Origin: an uncultured bacterium
GTDB taxonomy: Bacteria; Auribacterota; Erginobacteria; Erginobacterales; Erginobacteraceae
NCBI GenBank assembly: GCA_963822585.1
Contig: CAWGIE010000003.1
Location: 35,472-99,471, forward strand
DNA length: 64,000 bases
Reading direction: 5' to 3'
In this document: positions 1-11,250 of the stretch, piece by piece
Layout of the letters: each line of letters begins with the position of its first letter
Numbering within the stretch: position 1 is the stretch's first letter
Program-made: the position numbers and the translations under genes
Notes under the pieces: generated by a model
Told to the model about the DNA's origin: nothing
What the model saw: the letters and a program-made list of their open reading frames with translations, nothing else
The model's database searches: none

Positions 1-297
1 TTTCAGGAGGAAAATGTTTGCTTTATCCAGTGGATCTTTTTAGAGCGTTGCCTCGACGGAATTGTTATCGTATTTGTTTAAAACATAAATGAGCGAACGC
101 AGTGAGCTAATTTATGAAAGAAAACTTGATTTTCCGCCAGGACAAATATAATATCATGCCTTCGATTGTTAAATGTCTAATTATGAATAGAGATACCCTG
201 TTCGAAAAAGTTTTCGCGCAGGAAATCCTGAATATTGTCCCGGACGCTGAGAATAAAGAGAGTCGTCACTGGACCGGCTTCAGGAGGAGGTAAAAGC

Positions 298-978
298 ATG
301 GTTCATCTCAGATTTCGAAGATGTCTGCCGGCGTGGCTGGGGCTGCTTCTTCTGTCCCCCTGCGCCTACGGCCAGAAAGAGGGAACTTCTGCCGTTGTAT
401 CCCGCACGCCCGGTGCGGAGATACAGGCGCCTGCCGCCCGCCTCGAGAAATCCAAAAGCGGGTCGGTCCTGATCCTGGAAGAAGGGGAAAACGCTGACGT
501 CCCGGTAGAAACGAATGGGAAGGATGACGGCTTGTCCGGCCGCCCGGCCCGCGCGTTGCCGCCCGATTACCGTGCTTTCCGGGATCAGCATGTCATTTTC
601 TATGTCGAGGATATCCCGGCCGGTCTGGAGAGCGCGACAAAAGCAGCCATGGACTCCGGGGGGCAGATGATCAGCTATCCGATCAAGGGATTTGAAAATA
701 TGGGACCGAATGAGAGGACGCTGGTCTTTGAATCCCGGGCCTATCCCTCTTTTCTGGCGAAACTGGAGGCCCTGGGAACAGTGGAGAGTCCCGAACTGGG
801 TCGCTCCGATTTTGTCACCGTGCGACTGACCGTTCTCGTGAAACCGTCGCCTTCGCCGTCGCCGTCACCTCCCCTCGCCCCCCCGCCGACCGGAGGGGAT
901 TACAGCATAATCATCATCTGCGTTGCCGCTGTTGTCGTCATCCTGGCCCTCGCTCTTTTATTCAGGAAAAAGAAATAA
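298..978 (+). CDS. Exported protein with Pro/Ser linker and C-terminal membrane anchor (core weakly DUF4349-like)
   Basis: GGAGGAGG RBS before ATG 298; signal-peptide-like N-terminus; PSPSPSPSPP linker, hydrophobic helix, RKKK tail. Confidence 0.6.
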   Translation: MVHLRFRRCLPAWLGLLLLSPCAYGQKEGTSAVVSRTPGAEIQAPAARLEKSKSGSVLILEEGENADVPVETNGKDDGLSGRPARALPPDYRAFRDQHVIFYVEDIPAGLESATKAAMDSGGQMISYPIKGFENMGPNERTLVFESRAYPSFLAKLEALGTVESPELGRSDFVTVRLTVLVKPSPSPSPSPPLAPPPTGGDYSIIIICVAAVVVILALALLFRKKK

Positions 979-1038
979 TCATTTGGCATTATTCAAAACG
1001 AACCCGCTTCAGGCATAAATCGGGTTAAGGAGGAGACC

Positions 1039-1518
1039 ATGATCGGTTTTCGATTGCTGGCGATTATTCTGGGGCTGATCTGCCTGGCGTCCGCCGCCGC
1101 GCTTGTTCTACATCAATCCCCGCAGCTGGCCGCGGCGAACACGTTCTTCATCAAGAACTTCATTCCGGATCAGGGGGTACAGCAGTTCATCAAGTCCCCG
1201 GCCCCGGATGCCCGGATGGTGAAGAACATCATCAAGTATATCTTCAGCGGGTACGCCATCCTTGCCCTGGGCATGGGGCTGCTGTTTTTTTGCGCGGCGG
1301 TCAACCCCCTGCGGATGCGCCCCTTCATCGTGGTGGTGATGGTAGGGTCGATCCTTTGGATCGCGGGGGCGATCTGGAAGGGAACAAGCCTGGATATATA
1401 TAAAACGTGGTGGATCAGCGATGCCGCCGGGGCGTTGATTCTCCTGGTCCTGCTGGCCGCCCTTTTTCCGAAAAAGAAAGCTCCCGAACCGACCGCCCCG
1501 GAGATGGGGGAGGAGTAA
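1039..1518 (+). CDS. Hypothetical membrane protein (about 4 TM helices)
   Basis: AGGAGG RBS; several hydrophobic segments. Confidence 0.7.
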   Translation: MIGFRLLAIILGLICLASAAALVLHQSPQLAAANTFFIKNFIPDQGVQQFIKSPAPDARMVKNIIKYIFSGYAILALGMGLLFFCAAVNPLRMRPFIVVVMVGSILWIAGAIWKGTSLDIYKTWWISDAAGALILLVLLAALFPKKKAPEPTAPEMGEE

Positions 1519-1746
1519 GGAAAAGAAGGGGTAGTATCGTCACCGATACATATCGGTGACTTGCGGGATCAGAATGCCTTCGGCATTCTTTAGTAGTAAT
1601 TGTAGTATCGCTTCGCTTGGAAAGAAGGGAATATCAATTTATCCGCAGGATTCCCTTCCGGCAAGCCTCGCCACAGGCGAGGCAATACTCCATTACCCTA
1701 CAAGGCGAAGCCGATACTGCAAGCTCCGCATATATGCGGAGCGATC

Positions 1747-2298
1747 CTACAGTTCTTTTAGCTCCGGGTTGAAGGAAGAAATCTCCTCCGCCGGTTTCCG
1801 GGAAGTCCTCTTTTCCGCCCCCGCCGCCGGGTATCCGAGCGGTATCAGCGCCACCGGCTTTTCCTGCTTCGATAACCCCAGCAGGCCGCTGACGGCCCGG
1901 GCGTTAAACCATCCCACCCAGCACGTCCCCAGACCCAGTTCGGCGGCCTGGAGGACCAGGTGCTCACCGGCGATCCCCAGATCGATCAGGGGATAATGCT
2001 TGCCCTGAAAACGGCCGGCCAGGTTCGGTAGCCGCTTTCCCTTCGTGTTCAGGGCGACGATGATGACAGGCGCCCCGCTGACGAAACCGCTCGGCCGGTA
2101 GATCCCGGAGAATGCCGCCCGGCAGATCGCTTCCCTTTTCACCGGGTCGTCGAAGACAAGAAATCTCCATGGCTGGGCGTTGCAGGCTGAAGGAGCAAGG
2201 CGCGCCGCCTCCAGGCAGAGCTCGATCTTCTCCCACTCCACCGGCCGCCCGGCATATCTCCGGACCGCCCGCCGTTTCTTCACCAATTCCAGGAACAT
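1747..2298 (-). CDS. Nitroreductase family protein
   Basis: RRAVRRY, ARLAPSACNAQPWRF, LGLGTCWVG, LGYP motifs. Confidence 0.92.
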   Translation of the reverse strand: MFLELVKKRRAVRRYAGRPVEWEKIELCLEAARLAPSACNAQPWRFLVFDDPVKREAICRAAFSGIYRPSGFVSGAPVIIVALNTKGKRLPNLAGRFQGKHYPLIDLGIAGEHLVLQAAELGLGTCWVGWFNARAVSGLLGLSKQEKPVALIPLGYPAAGAEKRTSRKPAEEISSFNPELKEL

Positions 2299-2338
2299 AT
2301 CTCAATAAACCGGTTAAAAGTGTAGCCGGCTTTGTGCG

Positions 2339-4693
2339 TTATTCGCCTGAAGCCGGTTTGGCATCTGAAGACGTATCCGTCTCTTGATCATTCTGGACAT
2401 CCGGAATAATCAGTTTCTCCAGGCGAGTTTTAACCTTATCCTTCAGGTATTCGTCCCACAGTGTTTTCAGGAGTCCGGGCAGGCAGTCTTCGGAAGAATC
2501 CCGGCATCGGCCCCTGAATGTCTTTAATAACTTGCCCTCGATTCCATCCCCCAGCCCCCGGCTGCTTATATCCAGATCGGGCTCCTCGATACACCGGATA
2601 ACCCCCAGTTCCCAGTCGATAAATTTGCGCGGAAATCTCCCTTCGGGAAAAAGCGCGTAAAAATCGTTGAGGAAAGAGTCGAAATCCAGCTTCTTCAACC
2701 CTTTCGCCCCCCAGAATCTCTTCTGCTCGCCTTTTTGCAAGGTACCAAAGGCCAGGCAACCCAGGGGCCCGATCTCCTCGGAAGAATGAAACTTGAAGAT
2801 GCCGTTTACGTATTCCCGGGAGTCGCCGCCAAGGGCAAGGGCCAGGCCGCGGCTTATTGTCCAGGGCCACGAATCGCGGAGGAACGCCAGATGGGCGACC
2901 CGAGGCAACGCCTGAATAAACTTCTGCATATCAAAGCCTTTTTCTTGGCCAGTATTGTCCGGCGGACGGGGTATGGTGAAAGTTTCCCTGTCCCCGCGGT
3001 CAGTTCCGAATAAATCCAGCAACTTACCAATTCTTTCCAGGTGGACCGCCAGGTAGATTTCCTTCGCTCTATCGGCATCGTCGTTTTCTGGCCGGTGAAC
3101 CTTGTCAAGCAGGAGCAGGGCCGCGGCGATTAGTATATTATCCACCTCCGAATAATCATTGCCGCATATTTTGAACTCCTCAAGTTTCTTCTCGAAAAAC
3201 CCGGGCACGGTTTGAACTTTAATGAATGTCGAATCGCTCTGCGCGGAGAATTGGTGCAGTTCCCCGGAGCCTGCGTTAATCTCCAGTGTCGCCATCTCGG
3301 TTTCTCCCCTCAGATAACCGTTGGCGACAGTCAGGGAAGTCCAGTCGGCCAGACGTCTCTCTAGCTTCCCGATGCTTGCCGGCGCGATGGCGATCTGGAA
3401 AGCGAGTATCGGTTCCCCTTCCCCACGCGGCTTCTTCCAGCCTAAGCCGAATTGAAACGTAGCGGGATCGACTGTCATCGTGAATAAGGCCTGCAGATCC
3501 GGTAACACCCGGCAGCCTTTGATCTTCAGGTGGTCGATGCTCCAATGCAACAGTTCCGTGGTGAGGAAGATCCGGCCCCATTCTTCCACTTCAAGGTATG
3601 CGCCCCGCCCGGGGGAAAAGACCAGGGTTATATTCACCGGCGGCAGGTCGGGCTTTTTAAACACAGTGCCAGCCAGGGAGATGGACAAAACCAGGTCATT
3701 TTGCCAGTTGGCCGCTTCGTAGAACCAGGCGCGGGACTTCCATAACACGGCTTCGACTTCACTGGTCTCTTCCGTCCAGGAACGGGCATATTCGCTCTCC
3801 TCCAAAACGATCTTGATATCCTTCCAATTTTCACCCGACTCCGAAGCAACCAGTTCAACCTCGTAAGAGAGGTATTTGCCCAGGCTCCACAGCAGATATT
3901 TAATCTCCTCTATTTCCAGTTCTCCCACCATTTCCCCCGGCTCGGGTGAAAGCAGCGGCCGCAGCTTATCTTCCGGGAGCTTGTCTCCGGCTCCTTCGAT
4001 GAGTATCTTGCCCAGCCGGCATCCCGGGCCTTCTTTGATCTCCACCCGGAGCCGGACCTGGAGATCTTCCTTCAGTTCGATCGCCGGTGTTATTTCCGCT
4101 TCCAGATAACCCCGCTCCCGGTACAGGCTGGTTACTGCATCGGCGACCGATTTCAGCGAGACTTCATCCAGCGGCGCGGGCTGGTCCAGCGGCCAGATGA
4201 TTTCCGGTTCCTTCTCGTGCTGCCCAAGGGTCGTGTAGTATTTAAATGACCGAGGCCTTGTGGTGGTGATGAGTCTTTCCACGATCTGATCCCGGGTGAT
4301 ACCCTCGTTCCCGGAGACGATAATTTCCCCCGTCCGGTAACGCGGTCCTTCCGCAATGAGGACACTAATTGCCCCTTTTTCGGTTGGTTCGGCGGAGACC
4401 TCTGCTTTCCCGAATCCGGCCCGGAGATAACCTGCCCGGATATTCTTGTTTAAGTAGTCGCAAAAATCCTGGAGCGGCGCGTAAGAGCTGCCTTTCAGCC
4501 AGAAATCGAGATCACTGGTAAGCTCTTGCGTGATATCTTCCCGGCTGAATGTATGGTCGCCCCGGAACTCAATTTCGTCTGGATCGCCCCGCTTCCCGAC
4601 CGTGTCTTCGGATGGGAAAGCGATATTCCCGGCGATCGATCCGGCGGCCACCAAACTGACGATAATTAAAGCCCGGCCAATCGAGGGTTTCAT
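2339..4693 (-). CDS. Exported POTRA-domain protein with uncharacterised C-terminus
   Basis: Signal peptide; POTRA-like motifs (IEFRGDH, YLRAGF..AEV, IAEGPRYRTGEIIVSGN, LYRERGYLEAEI, IKEGP..LGKILIEG). Confidence 0.65.
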   Translation of the reverse strand: MKPSIGRALIIVSLVAAGSIAGNIAFPSEDTVGKRGDPDEIEFRGDHTFSREDITQELTSDLDFWLKGSSYAPLQDFCDYLNKNIRAGYLRAGFGKAEVSAEPTEKGAISVLIAEGPRYRTGEIIVSGNEGITRDQIVERLITTTRPRSFKYYTTLGQHEKEPEIIWPLDQPAPLDEVSLKSVADAVTSLYRERGYLEAEITPAIELKEDLQVRLRVEIKEGPGCRLGKILIEGAGDKLPEDKLRPLLSPEPGEMVGELEIEEIKYLLWSLGKYLSYEVELVASESGENWKDIKIVLEESEYARSWTEETSEVEAVLWKSRAWFYEAANWQNDLVLSISLAGTVFKKPDLPPVNITLVFSPGRGAYLEVEEWGRIFLTTELLHWSIDHLKIKGCRVLPDLQALFTMTVDPATFQFGLGWKKPRGEGEPILAFQIAIAPASIGKLERRLADWTSLTVANGYLRGETEMATLEINAGSGELHQFSAQSDSTFIKVQTVPGFFEKKLEEFKICGNDYSEVDNILIAAALLLLDKVHRPENDDADRAKEIYLAVHLERIGKLLDLFGTDRGDRETFTIPRPPDNTGQEKGFDMQKFIQALPRVAHLAFLRDSWPWTISRGLALALGGDSREYVNGIFKFHSSEEIGPLGCLAFGTLQKGEQKRFWGAKGLKKLDFDSFLNDFYALFPEGRFPRKFIDWELGVIRCIEEPDLDISSRGLGDGIEGKLLKTFRGRCRDSSEDCLPGLLKTLWDEYLKDKVKTRLEKLIIPDVQNDQETDTSSDAKPASGE

Positions 4694-4811
4694 TGTGCTA
4701 CTCTTTTTCTAACAAGTTGGCGCCGTCAGGCATTGCTATGGGGAGCCGGAAGTCGGTATTTCAGTTCACGTATTCGACTATACTTATCGGATGAAGAATG
4801 CTCTGAATTGA

Positions 4812-5297
4812 TTATAGCTCGACCAGGCGGGCTTTCATTGTCGTGGTGTCGAGGAGAGCGGCGGTGGCTTTGCCGCTGATCCACCCTCCTCCTTCCCCCG
4901 GATTGATGACCAGGGTCTTCCCGCGCCGGGTGATCTCCGGGCGATGGGTGTGACCGTAAACGATCACGTCATAAACACCGCTTCCGGCCAGGGCGTCAAG
5001 CATATCCGGCTCATGGATGAGAAGAATTTTCTTTCCATCGAACTCACCTTCGTATTTTTTGGAATGAATCTTACCGATTTCCTTGAACCGTTGGGTCAAA
5101 AACAGCCTGTCGCCGTCGTTATTCCCGAAAACCCCGATCAGGGGTGCCTTCAAGGCGCCGAATTCCTTTGCCGTTATCGGGGAGATGATATCGCCTCCAT
5201 GGAGGACCATCTCCACTGCTTCCCGATTGAAGATTTCAACGGCGCTCCGGATCTTCGGCATATTCTCATGTGTGTCGGAGATGATCCCGATCTTCAT
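4812..5297 (-). CDS. YfcE/MJ0936 family metallophosphoesterase
   Basis: ISDTH, HGGD, GNND, GHTH, NPG motifs. Confidence 0.92.
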   Translation of the reverse strand: MKIGIISDTHENMPKIRSAVEIFNREAVEMVLHGGDIISPITAKEFGALKAPLIGVFGNNDGDRLFLTQRFKEIGKIHSKKYEGEFDGKKILLIHEPDMLDALAGSGVYDVIVYGHTHRPEITRRGKTLVINPGEGGGWISGKATAALLDTTTMKARLVEL

Positions 5298-5491
5298 TGT
5301 TTTCTCCGTTCCTCTCCCTCGGCCCCTTTTTTATTAGCCACAAAGAGGCGCAAGAAACGCAAAAGTATCCTCAACCTCGGCCCCTTAATGAATGTCCAAT
5401 GCCAAAATTCCAATTTTCAAATGCATCCGAGTTTTGCGGTAGGTTGCCAATGGAAATTGGTTATTGGTGATTGGCCATTGGAAATTCCGTT

Positions 5492-5908
5492 TTACTCCTT
5501 CGTTTCTTTCGAGAGGTCGATGATCAGATCGGTCACCTGGGTCTTGATCATATCCCGGACCTCTCGAACCCGTTCGATCGATTGTCCGAACGGATCCGGT
5601 GTCGGCCAGTGAATCAGCTGTTCGTGGAGGAGGTCAGGAAAGATCGATTCGGGGGTCCCCCCCAGGACAATGACCAGATCGGCCCACTCGACCATTTCCC
5701 GGGAAAGTTGTTCCGGTTGCTGATGGGAGATGTCGATCCCCTCTTCCCGCATGACCTCGATGACGGGAGGGCTGATGAAGTCGATCGCGAATGTCCCCGC
5801 GCTCCGGGCATTCATGACCGTTTTTCCCCAGGCCCGGGCGTATCCTTCAGCCATCTGACTGCGGCAGGAGTTCCCCACGCAGATGAACAAGGCATTTGTT
5901 TTCTTCAT
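5492..5908 (-). CDS. arsC: Arsenate reductase ArsC / low-molecular-weight phosphatase family
   Basis: FICVGNSCRSQMAE P-loop, SAGT, HW..PDP; start at MKKTN because the upstream extension is a repeat element; substrate not determinable. Confidence 0.75.
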   Translation of the reverse strand: MKKTNALFICVGNSCRSQMAEGYARAWGKTVMNARSAGTFAIDFISPPVIEVMREEGIDISHQQPEQLSREMVEWADLVIVLGGTPESIFPDLLHEQLIHWPTPDPFGQSIERVREVRDMIKTQVTDLIIDLSKETKE

Positions 5909-5963
5909 GGGGCACGTATTATTCGAACGTTTCTGGCACAGTGAAGACAGTTCGGATAAAGAA

Positions 5964-6046
5964 CGGAGTGATGGGGTGTTGGAGTGATGGGCGGCGCTCA
6001 CCGCGTGTTCCCATTACTCCATCACTCCAGTACTCCATTATTCCAT
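5964..6046. repeat. Family A periodic inverted-repeat element (8-nt units)
   Basis: (TGGAGTRA)n-spacer-(YACTCCAN)n; other copies at 8793, 16840, 23320, 29641, 41431, 42433, 46884. Confidence 0.85.
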
Positions 6047-6112
6047 CATATCCAGCGAACTTTTTTCTATCCCCTTTTCCGCCGGGGCGAACTGGACGTC
6101 AAGAAGCACCTG

Positions 6113-7090
6113 TCAGTACGCCGTGGTTAGAGTGAGGTGATAGGGCTTTTCATCCGGGGTGTGCTTCTGCCCGACATACCAGAGCATCCGGTCCACGGCC
6201 TGTGAGGTGACCCCGGGATACCGCGGCTGGATTTGCTCCACGATCATCTCGCAGGCAAGAATAGTGGCGGTCCGGATCTCCAGTTCCTCCCGCGAACGGG
6301 CGGGAATTCGACGTTTCTCGTCCACGAAACGCTCCAGCCCGGGGGCATACTCCAAAATCCCCCGTTTCCGCAGAACCTGGGGGATCTTATAATCGGCGGA
6401 GACGGTAAGCTCCCCGATATCATTGAAAGCGCCGCTCCCGGTCCCCTGCCAGCGTTCGAACAGCATCGCCGGCGCCAGCTGGGCCCGCTTGAAAAAGAGG
6501 AGCCGGTTTCCTTCCCATTCCGCCGAATCATCGAAGGACGGTACGCGGGTGACCAGCAGTCTGACCAGATTGACCGCGCTCCCCTCCGCCGCCTTGACCA
6601 GATACAAAAAACTTCCCTGAAAATTATCGGTCAGGACCCGGCCCACCTCGCGGCAGATGGCGATGCGCTGCGAGAGAAGAGGAATCTCCCCCATCCCCCG
6701 GAAGATATGTTTCAAATCGCCCTCGCCGATCCCGGCCAGGAATGCTCCGTCATGAATGGGGATCCCTTCGTCAAGAGCCCTTTTCAGGGCGGCGAACATC
6801 CCCCAGGCGCCGTCGAGCAGCTTGCCCTGATATTCCACCGTCCATTTCGGGGTGCCCCAGTAACAGAAATTCAGGGCATTCATGAGCATGAAATAACCGA
6901 CACCGATTTCATCCGGATAAGGGTAGATGAAAGGAAGATCCCAGCGGGGATGGGGGAAATCATCCGGGCCGACCTGAGAGCAGAAATTCGTCAGAAACTC
7001 CCGGTTAATCCGGACGGAACGGAGTTCCTTGCCCAGCGGGGCAAGAGAATCGAGGATGTCCTTTTTGCCGTGATACGGAAGGGATTCCAT
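6113..7090 (-). CDS. Queuosine salvage hydrolase (DUF2419 / Qng1 family)
   Basis: NALNFCYW, FFKRAQL, ADYKIPQVL, ELEIR and C-terminal YHLTLTTAY motifs. Confidence 0.85.
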   Translation of the reverse strand: MESLPYHGKKDILDSLAPLGKELRSVRINREFLTNFCSQVGPDDFPHPRWDLPFIYPYPDEIGVGYFMLMNALNFCYWGTPKWTVEYQGKLLDGAWGMFAALKRALDEGIPIHDGAFLAGIGEGDLKHIFRGMGEIPLLSQRIAICREVGRVLTDNFQGSFLYLVKAAEGSAVNLVRLLVTRVPSFDDSAEWEGNRLLFFKRAQLAPAMLFERWQGTGSGAFNDIGELTVSADYKIPQVLRKRGILEYAPGLERFVDEKRRIPARSREELEIRTATILACEMIVEQIQPRYPGVTSQAVDRMLWYVGQKHTPDEKPYHLTLTTAY

Positions 7091-7256
7091 GGCCGATGAT
7101 TACAGGCTGTTTGTTTTATCCGACCGCGCAGACACCGGAGATGCCCGATGTCGGCAGCGCGAAAAATTCCGGCGCAGGTGCCTGATCAATACGCGCCCCG
7201 CGCCGGCGCATGAGGCATATTGAAAATAACTCCCGATCTGTGTAGTATACCATGAC

Positions 7257-8771
7257 ATGACCGATTACCAAGAAAAAAGGGGAGCCGATCCGGACCGTCA
7301 TCCGGAGGGACGGATCGGGATTGATGTCACGCGCCGGATGATGGTTTTTGCGGGGCGTCACCGACTCTGGAAAAAAGGCCAGGGCATCCTGGTGGCCGTC
7401 TCAGGTGGCGCCGACTCGGTCGCCCTGCTTCATCTGCTCCATCGGCTCAGCCGGCGTCTCGATTTCGATCTGCGGGTGGTCCACCTTGATCACGGGTTGC
7501 GGGGCCCCGCATCGCGGGAAGACGCCCGCTGGGTTCGCGGCCTGGCTGATCGGCTGGAGGTTCCCTGTATCTCGGAACGACGTGATGTGCCGGCCATGAG
7601 ACGGATAACCGGCCGTTCACCGGAAGACGCCGCCCGGATGGTACGGTACGCTTTTTTACGGGAGGTTTCCGAGCGAACAGGGATTACCACCGTGGCTCTC
7701 GGTCATCATGCGGACGACCAGGCGGAGACGCTTCTGTTGAGGCTGATCCGGGGTGGAAGCCCGCGAAGCATGGGGGGCATGCGCCCGCTCCGGAAGGAAG
7801 GCGCCCTGAATTTTATCCGGCCCCTCCTATCGATCCGGAAGCCGGAACTGCGGAGTTACCTGGATAAAATCGGCCAGCCGTTCCGGGAGGATCTGACAAA
7901 CCGGGATGACCGGTACCTGCGAAACCGGATCCGGCATCATTTACTCCCCTTGCTGGAAGCCCAGTACAGCCCGAAGATCAGGGAGATCCTGGTTCACCTG
8001 GCGGAGATGGAGCGAGAGCGTGACGATTTTATCGTCGCCCGGCTGCGCCCGACTCTCTCGCCGGTTTCCCCGTCGGCAGGTCCCGTGCTCGACTGCGCTC
8101 TCTTCCGGAAGCTCACCCGTTTTGAGCAGGGGGAGGTGTTGCGGGACTTCCTGTGGAAAGCCGGCGTGGAGAAAGCTCATCGCCGCCATTTCCTCCATCT
8201 GGAGAGTATCATCGAAGGGCCCTCCGGCCGGAGATTGAATCTGAGCGCGCAGATCACTGTTTTGAAGGAATATGATCGTGTGATCACGGTTCCACCCGCG
8301 GCCCCCCCCCCTCTTCACCCCCTCCGCCTGCCGGTTCCGGGGGACGTTGTCATCAAGGAAATCGGGGCCCGCATCATCGCCCGGGAATACCCGCGGCCCG
8401 GTTCCCTGGCAGTTACCCAGGCAGTCCATCTGAAAAAGTACTGGGAGATGTATCCCCGCGGCGGTATTCTGAAGGAATACCTCGATCGGGATCGGGTTAT
8501 CCCTCCTTTTACGGTCAGAAGCCGGCTTCCCGGGGATCGGTACTCTCCCCTGGGGATGAAAGGCAGCAGGACAGTGAAAGAGATTATGATCTCCGCCCGG
8601 GTGCCGCTCACCCGCCGTCACCTGGTCCCGGTGGTTGAGGACACCGAAAAGATACTCTGGCTTGCTGGTTACCGGCCGGAAAACCGCTGTCGTGTACGGG
8701 AAGAAACAAAGACCATCCTGGAGTTGAGTCTTATTCCATTATCCGGTGATAGCCGGATCCCGGTGACTTGA
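7257..8771 (+). CDS. tilS: tRNA(Ile)-lysidine synthetase
   Basis: VAVSGGADS PP-loop, HLDHGLR, GHHADDQAET, RNRIR, TilS C-terminal domain; exact start uncertain. Confidence 0.95.
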   Translation: MTDYQEKRGADPDRHPEGRIGIDVTRRMMVFAGRHRLWKKGQGILVAVSGGADSVALLHLLHRLSRRLDFDLRVVHLDHGLRGPASREDARWVRGLADRLEVPCISERRDVPAMRRITGRSPEDAARMVRYAFLREVSERTGITTVALGHHADDQAETLLLRLIRGGSPRSMGGMRPLRKEGALNFIRPLLSIRKPELRSYLDKIGQPFREDLTNRDDRYLRNRIRHHLLPLLEAQYSPKIREILVHLAEMERERDDFIVARLRPTLSPVSPSAGPVLDCALFRKLTRFEQGEVLRDFLWKAGVEKAHRRHFLHLESIIEGPSGRRLNLSAQITVLKEYDRVITVPPAAPPPLHPLRLPVPGDVVIKEIGARIIAREYPRPGSLAVTQAVHLKKYWEMYPRGGILKEYLDRDRVIPPFTVRSRLPGDRYSPLGMKGSRTVKEIMISARVPLTRRHLVPVVEDTEKILWLAGYRPENRCRVREETKTILELSLIPLSGDSRIPVT

Positions 8772-9236
8772 AAAAATGGAGGGAACAAGACCATGGAGTA
8801 ATGGAATGATGAAGTGATGGAAGAGCATCTCGTACACCGGTTGCCCGGGCTCAGCATCCATGATTCCACCATTCCATCACTCCACTATTCCGCGTTGCCT
8901 CAACTGATGATTATCCAGGCTCTCGACGAGATAGACACCCCCCAGCGAACCATGTCTGTTTTATTATTGTCTTGCCCCTGCAATCTGGTATATCGTACTG
9001 TTTGAGCGCATCGGGCATTTTTGTTGTCTAATTGAACGTACCCTCGCCGACGGCGTACAAGAAGGTGATGTCGATTACCGCTCAGTCCTGAATTATTGGA
9101 TTCATACTAATCCCATAGCTATCAAAAAGTTCAAACTATTTTGCAAATTATTACCTGAATGAATTTGCGAGCCCCGATTTTATCCCGATTAAGACTTCGG
9201 GACGGAGACGGGGTAGACTACGCGAGTTAATTTATT

Positions 9237-11234
<1,998 letters not shown>

Positions 11235-11250
11235 GAGTGGCCGACAGCCC

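Noticed and set aside
14..43. 9-codon ORF with a GGAGG RBS
   Set aside because: Too short, at the window edge, and without supporting features.
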